Part shown: positions 1 through 11,146 of the stretch, in pieces
Position numbering within the stretch: the first letter of the stretch is position 1
Layout: each line of letters begins with the position of its first letter
Source of the DNA: Escherichia coli
Lineage (GTDB): Bacteria; Pseudomonadota; Gammaproteobacteria; Enterobacterales; Enterobacteriaceae
DNA: 64,000 bases
NCBI RefSeq assembly: GCF_013122565.1
Contig: NZ_CP053258.1
Reading direction: 5' to 3' (one strand)
Translations under genes and position numbers: made by a program
The notes under the pieces: model-generated
Told to the model about the DNA's origin: nothing
The model's database searches: none
The model's input: the letters and a program-made list of their open reading frames with translations, nothing else

Positions 1-220
1 CGACCTGCCGCGTAATACCAAGTCAGGCTTGCGTCACGCCATCGAAGTGCTGGCCGATGTCGAAGAGATCAGCTTTAACTTCTTCCACAGCGAAGACGTG
101 GTTCGTCACCCGGTGGTGGCGCGTATCGTTAACGCTTATGAAGCCTGGGAAGAAGCAGAACAAAAACGTAAAGCGGCGCTGGCAGCAGAACGCAAGCGCG
201 AAGAACAGGAACAAAAATGA
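1..220 (+). CDS. ybeZ: PhoH-like ATPase YbeZ, C-terminal part (gene starts upstream of window)
   Basis: Open frame from window edge to TGA at 218-220; C-terminal sequence recognised; stop overlaps ybeY start (ATGA). Confidence 0.85.
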   Translation, partial: DLPRNTKSGLRHAIEVLADVEEISFNFFHSEDVVRHPVVARIVNAYEAWEEAEQKRKAALAAERKREEQEQK

Positions 221-684
221 GTCAGGTGATCCTCGATTTACAACTGGCATGTGAAGATAATTCCGGGTTACCGGAAGAGAGCCAGTTTCAGAAATGGCTG
301 AATGCGGTGATCCCGCAGTTTCAGGAAGAGTCGGAAGTGACGATTCGCGTGGTCGATACCGCCGAAAGCCACAGTCTGAATCTGACCTATCGCGGTAAGG
401 ATAAGCCGACCAACGTGCTCTCCTTCCCGTTTGAAGTGCCGCCTGGCATGGAGATGTCGCTACTGGGCGATCTGGTTATCTGCCGTCAGGTGGTTGAGAA
501 GGAAGCACAGGAGCAAGGCAAACCACTGGAGGCGCACTGGGCGCATATGGTGGTGCACGGCAGTCTGCATTTGTTAGGTTACGATCACATCGAAGATGAC
601 GAAGCAGAAGAAATGGAAGCCCTCGAAACAGAGATTATGCTTGCTCTGGGCTATGAGGATCCGTACATTGCCGAGAAAGAATAA
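217..684 (+). CDS. ybeY: Endoribonuclease YbeY (16S rRNA maturation), 155 aa
   Basis: ORF 217..684; zinc-binding [11 protein letters not shown] motif in translation. Confidence 0.95.
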   Translation: MSQVILDLQLACEDNSGLPEESQFQKWLNAVIPQFQEESEVTIRVVDTAESHSLNLTYRGKDKPTNVLSFPFEVPPGMEMSLLGDLVICRQVVEKEAQEQGKPLEAHWAHMVVHGSLHLLGYDHIEDDEAEEMEALETEIMLALGYEDPYIAEKE

Positions 685-773
685 TTTGCCAGGCATTTGA
701 CTGGCAGACGTCCCCGCCGTTGGTGATTAACGACGGCGTTTTGATTAACTAACATGAGAACCCATACGACGCC

Positions 774-1652
774 ATGAGCGACGACAATTCACACAGTAGT
801 GACACGATAAGCAACAAGAAGGGATTTTTCTCCCTGTTACTCAGCCAACTTTTCCACGGTGAACCGAAAAACCGTGACGAACTGCTGGCGCTGATCCGTG
901 ATTCCGGGCAGAACGACCTTATCGACGAAGATACGCGCGATATGCTCGAAGGGGTGATGGACATCGCAGACCAACGCGTCCGCGACATCATGATCCCCCG
1001 CTCCCAGATGATTACCCTGAAACGCAACCAGACGCTGGACGAATGCCTTGATGTCATCATCGAGTCCGCCCACTCACGTTTCCCGGTGATTAGCGAAGAC
1101 AAAGATCACATTGAAGGGATTCTGATGGCGAAAGACTTGCTGCCGTTTATGCGCAGCGATGCTGAAGCCTTCAGCATGGACAAAGTGTTACGTCAGGCGG
1201 TTGTCGTTCCTGAAAGTAAGCGCGTAGACCGGATGCTGAAAGAGTTTCGCTCTCAGCGTTACCACATGGCGATCGTTATTGACGAATTCGGTGGGGTTTC
1301 CGGTCTGGTGACCATTGAAGACATCCTGGAACTGATTGTTGGTGAGATTGAAGACGAATATGACGAAGAAGATGATATCGACTTCCGTCAGCTGAGTCGT
1401 CATACCTGGACCGTGCGCGCACTGGCTTCCATTGAAGACTTCAACGAAGCGTTCGGCACCCACTTTAGCGATGAAGAAGTCGACACCATCGGTGGTCTGG
1501 TGATGCAGGCATTTGGGCATCTTCCGGCGCGTGGCGAAACCATCGACATCGACGGTTACCAGTTCAAAGTGGCGATGGCCGATAGTCGGCGTATTATTCA
1601 GGTTCATGTCAAAATCCCGGATGACTCACCCCAGCCGAAGCTGGATGAATAA
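774..1652 (+). CDS. corC: CorC/YbeX CBS-domain Mg/Co transport accessory protein, 292 aa
   Basis: ORF 774..1652; length and sequence match CorC family (CBS pair plus CorC_HlyC C-terminus). Confidence 0.9.
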   Translation: MSDDNSHSSDTISNKKGFFSLLLSQLFHGEPKNRDELLALIRDSGQNDLIDEDTRDMLEGVMDIADQRVRDIMIPRSQMITLKRNQTLDECLDVIIESAHSRFPVISEDKDHIEGILMAKDLLPFMRSDAEAFSMDKVLRQAVVVPESKRVDRMLKEFRSQRYHMAIVIDEFGGVSGLVTIEDILELIVGEIEDEYDEEDDIDFRQLSRHTWTVRALASIEDFNEAFGTHFSDEEVDTIGGLVMQAFGHLPARGETIDIDGYQFKVAMADSRRIIQVHVKIPDDSPQPKLDE

Positions 1653-1676
1653 AACCGAAACTGGATAGATAACTAC

Positions 1677-3215
1677 ATGGCTTTTGCCTCATTAATTGAA
1701 CGCCAGCGCATTCGCCTGCTGCTGGCGTTATTATTCGGTGCCTGCGGAACGCTGGCCTTCTCTCCTTACGATGTCTGGCCTGCGGCGATTATTTCGCTGA
1801 TGGGGCTTCAGGCGTTGACCTTTAACCGTCGTCCACTCCAGTCTGCCGCTATTGGCTTTTGCTGGGGATTTGGCCTCTTTGGCAGCGGTATTAACTGGGT
1901 CTATGTCAGCATCGCGACCTTTGGCGGAATGCCTGGCCCGGTTAACATCTTCCTGGTGGTGCTGCTGGCGGCGTATTTGTCGCTGTATACCGGACTGTTT
2001 GCTGGCGTGCTGTCGCGCCTGTGGCCGAAAACCACCTGGCTGCGCGTGGCGATTGCCGCCCCTGCTCTCTGGCAAGTGACCGAGTTTCTGCGCGGTTGGG
2101 TACTGACCGGCTTCCCGTGGTTACAGTTCGGCTATAGCCAGATTGATGGCCCGTTAAAAGGGCTGGCACCGATAATGGGCGTGGAAGCCATTAACTTCCT
2201 GCTGATGATGGTTAGTGGCCTGCTGGCACTGGCGTTGGTCAAACGCAACTGGCGTCCGCTGGTGGTGGCCGTCGTGCTGTTTGCCCTACCCTTCCCGCTG
2301 CGTTACATCCAATGGTTTACCCCGCAACCGGAGAAAACCATTCAGGTTTCGATGGTTCAGGGCGATATTCCGCAATCGCTGAAATGGGACGAAGGCCAGC
2401 TTCTTAATACGCTGAAGATTTACTACAACGCAACGGCACCGCTGATGGGCAAATCATCGTTGATTATCTGGCCGGAGTCGGCGATAACCGATCTGGAAAT
2501 TAATCAGCAACCGTTCCTCAAAGCACTGGACGGTGAGTTGCGCGAGAAAGGGAGCTCGCTGGTAACCGGGATTGTTGACGCGCGTCTCAATAAGCAGAAC
2601 CGCTACGATACCTACAACACCATCATCACGCTGGGTAAAGGTGCACCGTACAGCTACGAATCAGCCGATCGCTATAACAAAAACCATCTGGTGCCGTTTG
2701 GCGAGTTTGTCCCGCTCGAGTCGATTCTGCGTCCGTTAGCACCGTTCTTTGATCTGCCGATGTCGTCGTTCAGCCGTGGGCCATATATCCAGCCGCCGCT
2801 GTCGGCAAATGGTATTGAGCTTACTGCGGCTATTTGCTATGAGATCATTCTTGGCGAGCAAGTGCGTGATAACTTCCGCCCGGATACCGACTACCTGCTG
2901 ACTATCTCCAATGATGCATGGTTTGGTAAGTCTATTGGTCCATGGCAGCACTTCCAGATGGCGCGTATGCGTGCGTTGGAGCTGGCGCGCCCATTGCTGC
3001 GTAGTACCAACAACGGCATTACGGCGGTGATTGGCCCGCAGGGTGAGATTCAGGCGATGATCCCGCAGTTCACCCGCGAGGTGCTAACCACTAATGTGAC
3101 ACCGACCACCGGACTCACACCGTATGCACGTACCGGCAACTGGCCGCTGTGGGTGCTGACGGTGCTATTTGGTTTTGCCGCTGTGTTGATGAGTCTGCGT
3201 CAACGACGTAAATAA
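1677..3215 (+). CDS. lnt: Apolipoprotein N-acyltransferase, 512 aa
   Basis: ORF 1677..3215; N-terminal TM segments; C-terminal CN-hydrolase domain with E (WPESA), K ([10 protein letters not shown]), C (AAICYEI) triad. Confidence 0.95.
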   Translation: MAFASLIERQRIRLLLALLFGACGTLAFSPYDVWPAAIISLMGLQALTFNRRPLQSAAIGFCWGFGLFGSGINWVYVSIATFGGMPGPVNIFLVVLLAAYLSLYTGLFAGVLSRLWPKTTWLRVAIAAPALWQVTEFLRGWVLTGFPWLQFGYSQIDGPLKGLAPIMGVEAINFLLMMVSGLLALALVKRNWRPLVVAVVLFALPFPLRYIQWFTPQPEKTIQVSMVQGDIPQSLKWDEGQLLNTLKIYYNATAPLMGKSSLIIWPESAITDLEINQQPFLKALDGELREKGSSLVTGIVDARLNKQNRYDTYNTIITLGKGAPYSYESADRYNKNHLVPFGEFVPLESILRPLAPFFDLPMSSFSRGPYIQPPLSANGIELTAAICYEIILGEQVRDNFRPDTDYLLTISNDAWFGKSIGPWQHFQMARMRALELARPLLRSTNNGITAVIGPQGEIQAMIPQFTREVLTTNVTPTTGLTPYARTGNWPLWVLTVLFGFAAVLMSLRQRRK

Positions 3216-3314
3216 TCCCTTCTTATCGTGCCGGAATACATCCCGTATTTCGGCACGCTCACCGGATGCGGCATCAGTGCATTATCCGGATAACAATATT
3301 CTCCTATCCAACTT

Positions 3315-3330
3315 TGGCACATCTATTGCT
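3315..3330 (+). promoter_or_regulatory. Candidate sigma-54 (-24/-12) promoter element TGGCAC-N5-TTGCT upstream of gltI
   Basis: Exact consensus-spaced GG/GC element read at 3315-3330, about 280 nt upstream of gltI ATG. Confidence 0.4.
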
Positions 3331-3611
3331 TTGTTATACAAGGCAAAGCTTGAACCAGCATCAGTACAACCCGGTTGCACCACAGCAATCCACCGGTAGC
3401 ACCAAAAGAGTGCATTTTAAGAATTTTGCTTCGGAATGGTGCGGCGCACCTCGCAAAAACAAACAATAAAACATCAATATCTTTACATTTAGCCAAACTA
3501 AATGTTACCTAACAGGCACAACACTGCACAATAAAGTTGCAGACGATAACAACACAAACACTCACAACGGGTATCCATGCGTTCTTAACGCAGAAGATAA
3601 AGGAGTTGGAT

Positions 3612-4520
3612 ATGCAATTACGTAAACCTGCCACAGCAATCCTGGCCCTGGCGCTTTCCGCAGGACTGGCACAGGCAGATGACGCCGCCCCGGTAGCGGG
3701 CAGTACGCTGGACAAAATCGCCAAAAACGGCGTGATTGTCGTCGGTCACCGTGAATCTTCAGTACCTTTCTCTTATTACGACAATCAGCAAAAAGTGGTG
3801 GGTTACTCGCAGGATTACTCCAACGCCATTGTTGAAGCAGTGAAAAAGAAACTCAACAAACCGGACTTGCAGGTAAAACTGATTCCGATTACCTCACAAA
3901 ACCGTATTCCGCTGCTGCAAAACGGCACTTTTGATTTTGAATGTGGTTCTACCACCAACAACGTCGAACGCCAAAAACAGGCGGCTTTCTCTGACACTAT
4001 TTTCGTGGTCGGTACGCGCCTGTTGACCAAAAAGGGTGGTGATATCAAAGATTTTGCCGATCTGAAAGGCAAAGCCGTAGTCGTTACTTCCGGCACTACC
4101 TCTGAAGTTTTGCTCAACAAACTGAATGAAGAGCAAAAAATGAATATGCGCATCATCAGCGCCAAAGATCACGGAGACTCTTTCCGTACCCTGGAAAGTG
4201 GTCGTGCTGTTGCCTTTATGATGGATGACGCTCTGCTGGCTGGTGAACGTGCGAAAGCGAAGAAACCAGACAACTGGGATATCGTCGGCAAGCCGCAGTC
4301 TCAGGAAGCCTACGGTTGTATGTTGCGTAAAGACGATCCGCAGTTCAAAAAGCTGATGGATGACACCATCGCGCAGGTGCAGACCTCCGGTGAAGCGGAA
4401 AAATGGTTTGATAAATGGTTCAAAAATCCAATTCCGCCGAAAAACCTGAACATGAATTTCGAACTGTCAGACGAAATGAAAGCACTGTTCAAAGAACCGA
4501 ATGACAAGGCACTGAACTAA
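3612..4520 (+). CDS. gltI: Glutamate/aspartate ABC transporter periplasmic binding protein, 302 aa
   Basis: Internal ATG at 3612 preceded by AGGAG (3601-3605); signal peptide MQLRKPATAILALALSAGLAQA; longer ORF from 3537 rejected. Confidence 0.9.
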   Translation: MQLRKPATAILALALSAGLAQADDAAPVAGSTLDKIAKNGVIVVGHRESSVPFSYYDNQQKVVGYSQDYSNAIVEAVKKKLNKPDLQVKLIPITSQNRIPLLQNGTFDFECGSTTNNVERQKQAAFSDTIFVVGTRLLTKKGGDIKDFADLKGKAVVVTSGTTSEVLLNKLNEEQKMNMRIISAKDHGDSFRTLESGRAVAFMMDDALLAGERAKAKKPDNWDIVGKPQSQEAYGCMLRKDDPQFKKLMDDTIAQVQTSGEAEKWFDKWFKNPIPPKNLNMNFELSDEMKALFKEPNDKALN

Positions 4521-4676
4521 TTACAAGAACCAGGGGCGGAAATTCCAGCCCTCTCAATTGTTACGTAGCACGGACAGACTATACGCCTGATGGTCGTTCC
4601 CCATCGGGCCTGAAAACCGCAATACGCTGGGTAACAATCTTCGAGGGTAGCAGTTAACGCTGCTACCCTCTTTTTT
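4514..4676 (+). ncRNA. sroC: SroC-like sRNA derived from gltI-gltJ spacer (3' end at intrinsic terminator)
   Basis: Position between gltI and gltJ matches known SroC locus; 3' end defined by hairpin plus T-tract; 5' end approximate. Confidence 0.5.
4643..4676 (+). terminator. Intrinsic terminator/attenuator between gltI and gltJ
   Basis: GAGGGTAGCAG-TTAAC-GCTGCTACCCTC perfect stem followed by TTTTTT, 14 nt before gltJ ATG. Confidence 0.7.
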
Positions 4677-4689
4677 CTGGAGTAGATTT

Positions 4690-5430
4690 ATGTCTATAGA
4701 CTGGAACTGGGGTATTTTTTTACAACAAGCCCCGTTCGGCAACACCACCTATCTTGGTTGGATCTGGAGTGGTTTTCAGGTGACGATCGCTTTGTCGATC
4801 TGCGCCTGGATTATCGCTTTCCTCGTCGGTTCATTTTTCGGCATTTTACGTACCGTTCCAAACCGTTTTCTCTCCGGTCTGGGTACGTTGTATGTCGAAC
4901 TGTTCCGCAACGTGCCGTTGATTGTGCAATTCTTTACCTGGTATCTGGTGATCCCGGAGCTGCTGCCGGAGAAAATCGGCATGTGGTTTAAGGCCGAGCT
5001 GGATCCCAATATTCAGTTTTTCCTTTCATCCATGCTCTGCCTTGGGCTGTTTACCGCCGCCCGTGTTTGCGAACAGGTACGCGCCGCTATTCAGTCGCTG
5101 CCGCGTGGGCAGAAGAATGCCGCGCTGGCGATGGGTCTGACGCTACCGCAGGCTTACCGCTACGTACTGCTGCCTAATGCTTATCGCGTTATCGTCCCGC
5201 CGATGACCTCAGAGATGATGAACCTGGTGAAAAACTCCGCCATCGCCTCGACCATCGGTCTGGTAGATATGGCAGCGCAGGCAGGTAAATTGCTCGACTA
5301 CTCGGCTCACGCTTGGGAGTCGTTTACCGCCATTACGCTGGCGTATGTATTGATTAACGCTTTTATCATGCTGGTGATGACGCTGGTTGAACGTAAAGTT
5401 CGCCTGCCCGGCAACATGGGGGGCAAATAA
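4690..5430 (+). CDS. gltJ: Glutamate/aspartate ABC transporter permease, 246 aa
   Basis: ORF 4690..5430; polytopic membrane protein; position after gltI. Confidence 0.9.
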
Positions 5431-6104
5431 TGTACGAGTTTGACTGGAGTTCCATTGTTCCTTCCCTGCCATATCTGCTCGACGGGCTGGTGATCACCCT
5501 GAAAATCACCGTCACGGCAGTCGTGATTGGTATTTTGTGGGGCACCATGCTGGCGGTGATGCGCTTGTCCAGCTTTGCGCCCGTAGCATGGTTTGCCAAA
5601 GCCTACGTTAACGTATTCCGCTCGATTCCTTTAGTTATGGTTTTGCTGTGGTTTTACCTGATCGTGCCGGGTTTTCTGCAAAACGTGCTGGGATTATCAC
5701 CAAAAAATGATATCCGTTTAATTTCGGCGATGGTGGCGTTTTCGATGTTTGAAGCGGCCTACTATTCAGAGATTATCCGTGCCGGTATTCAAAGTATTTC
5801 TCGTGGTCAATCGAGCGCCGCGCTGGCGTTGGGGATGACTCACTGGCAGTCGATGAAACTGATTATTCTGCCGCAGGCGTTCCGCGCGATGGTGCCGCTG
5901 CTGCTCACTCAGGGCATCGTACTGTTCCAGGATACCTCACTGGTGTATGTGTTATCTCTGGCCGATTTCTTCCGTACCGCCTCAACCATTGGTGAGCGTG
6001 ATGGTACGCAGGTTGAGATGATCCTGTTTGCCGGATTTGTTTATTTCGTTATTAGCCTTAGCGCGTCGTTGTTGGTCAGCTACTTGAAAAGAAGGACAGC
6101 ATAA
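5430..6104 (+). CDS. gltK: Glutamate/aspartate ABC transporter permease, 224 aa
   Basis: ORF 5430..6104; start overlaps gltJ stop; permease-like hydrophobic sequence. Confidence 0.9.
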
Positions 6105-6829
6105 TGATTACCCTGAAAAATGTTTCAAAATGGTATGGTCACTTTCAGGTGCTGACCGACTGCTCAACCGAAGTGAAAAAAGGCGAAGTGGTGGTGGTTT
6201 GTGGCCCGTCTGGTTCCGGCAAATCAACGCTGATTAAAACCGTCAACGGCCTCGAACCGGTGCAGCAAGGTGAAATCACCGTCGATGGTATCGTGGTTAA
6301 CGACAAGAAAACCGATCTGGCAAAGCTGCGTTCCCGCGTCGGGATGGTGTTCCAGCATTTTGAGTTGTTCCCCCATTTGTCGATTATTGAAAACCTGACT
6401 CTGGCGCAGGTTAAAGTGCTTAAACGCGATAAAGCACCCGCTCGTGAAAAAGCATTGAAATTGCTGGAGCGCGTGGGACTTTCCGCACATGCCAATAAAT
6501 TTCCGGCACAGCTTTCCGGCGGTCAGCAGCAGCGTGTGGCGATCGCTCGCGCATTATGTATGGATCCTATTGCCATGCTGTTCGACGAACCGACATCGGC
6601 GCTGGATCCGGAGATGATCAACGAAGTGCTGGACGTAATGGTCGAACTGGCGAATGAAGGAATGACCATGATGGTGGTGACCCACGAAATGGGCTTTGCC
6701 CGTAAAGTGGCGAATCGGGTGATCTTTATGGATGAGGGTAAAATTGTCGAAGACTCGCCGAAAGATGCGTTCTTCGATGATCCGAAATCGGACCGCGCAA
6801 AAGACTTCCTCGCGAAAATCCTGCATTAA
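6104..6829 (+). CDS. gltL: Glutamate/aspartate ABC transporter ATP-binding protein, 241 aa
   Basis: Walker [10 protein letters not shown] and ABC signature LSGGQQQR in translation; start overlaps gltK stop. Confidence 0.95.
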   Translation: MITLKNVSKWYGHFQVLTDCSTEVKKGEVVVVCGPSGSGKSTLIKTVNGLEPVQQGEITVDGIVVNDKKTDLAKLRSRVGMVFQHFELFPHLSIIENLTLAQVKVLKRDKAPAREKALKLLERVGLSAHANKFPAQLSGGQQQRVAIARALCMDPIAMLFDEPTSALDPEMINEVLDVMVELANEGMTMMVVTHEMGFARKVANRVIFMDEGKIVEDSPKDAFFDDPKSDRAKDFLAKILH

Positions 6830-6835
6830 TCATTC

Positions 6836-6875
6836 TGGCGCGCATACCCAAGTGCGCGCCATCTCACGCTTTATC
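6836..6875 (+). terminator. Candidate terminator hairpin after gltL
   Basis: TGGCGCGCA / TGCGCGCCA 9-bp stem 7 nt after gltL stop, followed by moderately T-rich tract. Confidence 0.45.
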
Positions 6876-6946
6876 GTTTCGCTCCTCGTATCTGTTATAT
6901 CCTGGCGTTACCCTTGTCGCAAAGAAGCACACAACAAGGAGCAACA

Positions 6947-7882
6947 ATGGCACTGCCAATTCTGTTAGATTGCGACCCAGGTCATGACGATGCTATCGCA
7001 ATAGTTCTCGCCCTCGCCTCACCAGAGCTTGATGTCAAAGCAATTACGTCTTCCGCCGGAAACCAGACACCAGAAAAAACCTTACGCAATGTTCTGCGTA
7101 TGCTGACCTTGCTTAATCGCACCGATATTCCGGTAGCCGGCGGCGCGGTAAAACCGTTAATGCGTGAGTTGATTATCGCGGACAATGTGCACGGCGAAAG
7201 CGGTCTGGATGGCCCGGCATTACCGGAACCGACGTTTGCACCGCAAAACTGTACGGCGGTGGAGCTGATGGCGAAAACGCTACGTGAAAGTGCGGAACCT
7301 GTCACAATTGTGTCTACCGGACCGCAAACTAACGTTGCCTTGCTGCTCAATAGCCTCCCGGAACTGCATAGCAAAATTGCCCGTATCGTGATTATGGGCG
7401 GCGCAATGGGGCTTGGTAACTGGACGCCTGCGGCTGAATTTAATATTTACGTTGACCCGGAAGCGGCAGAAATTGTCTTCCAGTCAGGGATCCCGGTGGT
7501 GATGGCCGGTCTGGATGTTACTCACAAAGCACAAATCCACGTTGAAGACACCGAGCGTTTCCGCGCGATTGGCAACCCTGTTTCAACCATTGTTGCCGAA
7601 CTGCTGGATTTCTTCCTCGAATATCATAAAGACGAAAAATGGGGTTTTGTCGGCGCACCGCTGCATGACCCATGCACCATCGCCTGGTTGTTGAAACCGG
7701 AGTTGTTTACCACTGTTGAGCGCTGGGTTGGCGTGGAAACACAGGGGAAATATACCCAGGGTATGACGGTTGTTGATTATTATTATCTGACTGGCAATAA
7801 ACCGAATGCCACCGTAATGGTCGATGTTGATCGTCAGGGCTTTGTTGATTTACTGGCTGATCGTCTGAAATTTTACGCTTAA
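6947..7882 (+). CDS. rihA: Pyrimidine-specific ribonucleoside hydrolase, 311 aa
   Basis: ATG at 6947 with AAGGAG upstream; N-terminal DCDPGHDDA nucleoside-hydrolase aspartate motif. Confidence 0.9.
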   Translation: MALPILLDCDPGHDDAIAIVLALASPELDVKAITSSAGNQTPEKTLRNVLRMLTLLNRTDIPVAGGAVKPLMRELIIADNVHGESGLDGPALPEPTFAPQNCTAVELMAKTLRESAEPVTIVSTGPQTNVALLLNSLPELHSKIARIVIMGGAMGLGNWTPAAEFNIYVDPEAAEIVFQSGIPVVMAGLDVTHKAQIHVEDTERFRAIGNPVSTIVAELLDFFLEYHKDEKWGFVGAPLHDPCTIAWLLKPELFTTVERWVGVETQGKYTQGMTVVDYYYLTGNKPNATVMVDVDRQGFVDLLADRLKFYA

Positions 7883-7965
7883 CACACGTCATTGATTAAG
7901 ATCACCACGCGTTACCTGGGTGGTCTTAATCTGTTTATCTCTTTTTCTTTCAAGATATAAATGCA

Positions 7966-9636
7966 ATGGATAATGCAGAACTCGCCATTGGTATCGATCT
8001 CGGTACTACCAATAGTTTAATTGCCGTCTGGAAAGACGGTGCCGCGCAATTAATTCCAAATAAGTTCGGTGAATATTTAACACCATCCATAATTAGCATG
8101 GATGAAAATAATCATATTTTAGTCGGAAAACCGGCTGTATCACGGCGTACTTCGCATCCGGATAAAACGGCAGCGTTATTTAAACGTGCAATGGGCAGTA
8201 ATACCAACTGGCGGTTAGGCAGCGACACATTTAACGCGCCAGAACTGTCCTCTTTGGTATTACGCTCATTAAAAGAAGATGCCGAAGAATTTCTGCAACG
8301 TCCAATTAAAGATGTGGTGATCTCCGTTCCGGCTTATTTCAGCGATGAACAACGCAAGCATACCCGTTTAGCAGCGGAGTTAGCCGGGTTAAATGCGGTA
8401 CGCTTAATTAATGAACCCACAGCAGCTGCAATGGCGTATGGCCTGCATACCCAACAAAATACCCGTTCGCTGGTGTTTGATCTCGGTGGCGGCACGTTTG
8501 ACGTTACGGTGCTTGAGTACGCCACGCCGGTGATTGAAGTTCACGCCTCCGCTGGCGACAACTTTCTTGGTGGCGAAGATTTTACCCATATGCTGGTCGA
8601 TGACGTTTTAAAGCGCGCGGATGTCGCCAGGAACACGCTTAACGAGAGTGAACTGGCAGCCTTGTACGCCTGCGTAGAAGCGGCAAAATGTAGTAATCAA
8701 TCGCCAATGCACATTCGCTGGCAGTACCAGGATGAAACGCGGGAGTGCGAATTTTACGAGAACGAACTGGAAGATTTGTGGTTGCCGCTGCTCAATCGCT
8801 TGCGAGTGCCGATTGAACAGGCGTTGCGCGATGCGCGTCTGAAGCCGAGTCAAATCGACAGTCTGGTGCTGGTTGGCGGCGCGTCACAAATGCCGCTGGT
8901 GCAGCGAATCGCCGTGCGTCTGTTTGGCAAATTACCGTATCAAAGTTACGATCCGAGCACCATTGTCGCGCTGGGCGCAGCAATCCAGGCCGCCTGCCGC
9001 TTACGCAGTGAAGATATTGAAGAAGTGATCCTCACTGATATTTGCCCTTACTCGTTGGGTGTTGAAGTTAACCGTCAGGGCGTATCCGGCATTTTCTCGC
9101 CGATTATTGAACGAAACACCACAGTACCGGTGTCGCGTGTAGAAACGTACTCGACCATGCACCCGGAGCAGGATTCAATTACGGTTAACGTCTATCAGGG
9201 AGAAAACCACAAAGTTAAAAATAACATTCTGGTGGAATCCTTCGATGTGCCGTTGAAGAAAACCGGGGCTTATCAGTCGATTGATATTCGTTTTAGTTAT
9301 GATATCAACGGCTTGCTTGAAGTTGACGTACTTCTGGAAGACGGCAGCGTTAAGTCCAGAGTCATTAATCATAGCCCGGTAACATTGAGCGCGCAGCAGA
9401 TCGAAGAGAGTCGGACGCGGTTATCCGCATTGAAAATTTATCCGCGCGATATGCTCATCAATCGCACCTTTAAAGCCAAACTGGAAGAGTTGTGGGCGCG
9501 AGCGCTGGGTGACGAGCGAGAAGAGATTGGCCGGGTGATCACCGATTTTGATGCGGCGTTGCAGTCAAACGATATGGCCCGCGTCGATGAGGTCAGGCGG
9601 CGGGCGAGCGATTATTTAGCCATTGAGATCCCATAA
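7966..9636 (+). CDS. hscC: Hsp70-family chaperone HscC, 556 aa
   Basis: Hsp70 signatures IDLGTTNS and DLGGGTFD in translation; shorter than DnaK; AT-rich codon usage. Confidence 0.9.
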   Translation: MDNAELAIGIDLGTTNSLIAVWKDGAAQLIPNKFGEYLTPSIISMDENNHILVGKPAVSRRTSHPDKTAALFKRAMGSNTNWRLGSDTFNAPELSSLVLRSLKEDAEEFLQRPIKDVVISVPAYFSDEQRKHTRLAAELAGLNAVRLINEPTAAAMAYGLHTQQNTRSLVFDLGGGTFDVTVLEYATPVIEVHASAGDNFLGGEDFTHMLVDDVLKRADVARNTLNESELAALYACVEAAKCSNQSPMHIRWQYQDETRECEFYENELEDLWLPLLNRLRVPIEQALRDARLKPSQIDSLVLVGGASQMPLVQRIAVRLFGKLPYQSYDPSTIVALGAAIQAACRLRSEDIEEVILTDICPYSLGVEVNRQGVSGIFSPIIERNTTVPVSRVETYSTMHPEQDSITVNVYQGENHKVKNNILVESFDVPLKKTGAYQSIDIRFSYDINGLLEVDVLLEDGSVKSRVINHSPVTLSAQQIEESRTRLSALKIYPRDMLINRTFKAKLEELWARALGDEREEIGRVITDFDAALQSNDMARVDEVRRRASDYLAIEIP

Positions 9637-9644
9637 ACACGGCT

Positions 9645-9676
9645 GCCGGATGCGGCGTAAACGCTGCATCCGGCAT
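9645..9676. repeat. REP-like palindromic unit between convergent hscC and djlC
   Basis: GCCGGATGCGGCGTAAACGCTGCATCCGGC with GCCGGATGC/GCATCCGGC arms. Confidence 0.6.
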
Positions 9677-9694
9677 CGGCGCCAAAACACATCG

Positions 9695-11146
9695 TCAACT
9701 AAACAACATCGCGATTTTGCCGAGAGCATAACCTATCACCAGCACCGTTAAACTGATTTTGATAATGCCGGTAATGCTCTGTGGTTTTTCATCCTCATCA
9801 TTTTTTTCTTCATGGTTTTCAGGTGTTGGCTCATCGACATCTTCATCCTCCGGCTCGAGTTTCACTTTCGTCAACAGCATCCGGGTGATGATGGCCTCTA
9901 ATGGATGAGCATCTCCACCTTCCAGCCTTGTATTAAGACGGGCCAGCATCTCTTGTTTCGGAAACGCTTCAAGTACTACCTGTTCCGCTACCCGATACAA
10001 ATCCAGTAACGGTGAATCTTGCTCTGTCTCGCTACCGACTCTCGATTTCCACCACGCCCATGCTTTGCGCTTGAAAAATAACGATTCAATAAACGATTGA
10101 CCTAACGGCGATAATTTTCCGCTATGTAAAATTTCCGCCCATAACAGCCGCGTCCGGGCGCTCTCACCAGGAACATATTTCAACGGTTTACCTTGCACAT
10201 CAACCATGCTCTGCGCTTCGATAACCATCACTAACAGCGCGAAATAATCCGGGCAATGTTGTGCGCTCCACTGCAACAACAAATTATCGGCTTGTGTAGA
10301 TGGGTAACTCTCCCGGTATGCGCAGAGATCGGCAAGCAGGCTTTCCCCCTCGCCGCAGTACAAACGTTGTGCACACTGGTAATACCGGGCATCTTCGCTT
10401 TCTGGTTCTTCCATTTGCCACTGTTGGGCAACAGGAATGAGTTCCGCCATACCTGTTTGCACCGAGCTGTACCAGCGCAACAGTTTGCGATGTAACTTTG
10501 CATCATCAGGAATGAACCACGGACCTTCCATCGCCAAAAACGCAGTGACATAGTCAGGATGGTAACGGCAGCAACGTTCCAGCGCGAAGTAATACTCAAC
10601 AGTCTGGTTCTGCAACGCAACAGGATATTCCAGAAGGCTAAGGAAATCGAAACAATCACCAGCCTGAATGGCCTCAAGAAAAGCCTCCCTTTCTTCCTCA
10701 TCCATTCCTTCGCTGTCATTAAACGAATGCCAGTTCAAACGCTCTGCCAGCAAAGAAGCACAATTTAATGAAAGATATCGCGCTTCTATAGCGATTGCAC
10801 ACAGCGGCCAGCGTAATTGATCGACATCCTCCATGTTCCAGGTATTTAATTGCTGAATAAATTTCTGCCAGGCGGAGGGCTGAAAACGATCACTTTCTGA
10901 ATCCAGTAATGCCCTGAATGCACATAGTATTTCATGTTCAGCGGCAGCATCTTTTTCTTCATCATCTGCTTCCTCGACAGGATTTACCGCCAATCGCAAG
11001 GCCTCTTCATAGGCCTGGCGTAATGCTTTAAACCCCTGCGGATCGGTTTCGGGATGACACAACGGTAAGCGAGCAAGATAAGCCTGGCGGATAATGTCTA
11101 TTTGCGTCGTGCTTTCAATTTCGAGGATTTGCCAACATGTTTTCAT
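9695..11146 (-). CDS. djlC: J-domain co-chaperone DjlC (HscC partner), 483 aa, C-terminal membrane anchor
   Basis: N-terminal J-like domain (…[18 protein letters not shown]…); hydrophobic C-terminal tail; overlaps ybeU stop by 4 nt. Confidence 0.85.
   Translation of the reverse strand: MKTCWQILEIESTTQIDIIRQAYLARLPLCHPETDPQGFKALRQAYEEALRLAVNPVEEADDEEKDAAAEHEILCAFRALLDSESDRFQPSAWQKFIQQLNTWNMEDVDQLRWPLCAIAIEARYLSLNCASLLAERLNWHSFNDSEGMDEEEREAFLEAIQAGDCFDFLSLLEYPVALQNQTVEYYFALERCCRYHPDYVTAFLAMEGPWFIPDDAKLHRKLLRWYSSVQTGMAELIPVAQQWQMEEPESEDARYYQCAQRLYCGEGESLLADLCAYRESYPSTQADNLLLQWSAQHCPDYFALLVMVIEAQSMVDVQGKPLKYVPGESARTRLLWAEILHSGKLSPLGQSFIESLFFKRKAWAWWKSRVGSETEQDSPLLDLYRVAEQVVLEAFPKQEMLARLNTRLEGGDAHPLEAIITRMLLTKVKLEPEDEDVDEPTPENHEEKNDEDEKPQSITGIIKISLTVLVIGYALGKIAMLFS

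Noticed and set aside
3266-3469. 67-aa ORF in the lnt-gltI spacer
   Set aside because: No ribosome-binding site and a low-complexity translation; the region is better explained as gltI promoter/leader.
3515-3530. Second sigma-54-like element (GGCACA-N-GCACA) nearer gltI
   Set aside because: GG-to-GC spacing is one nucleotide short of the consensus, unlike the element at 3315-3330.
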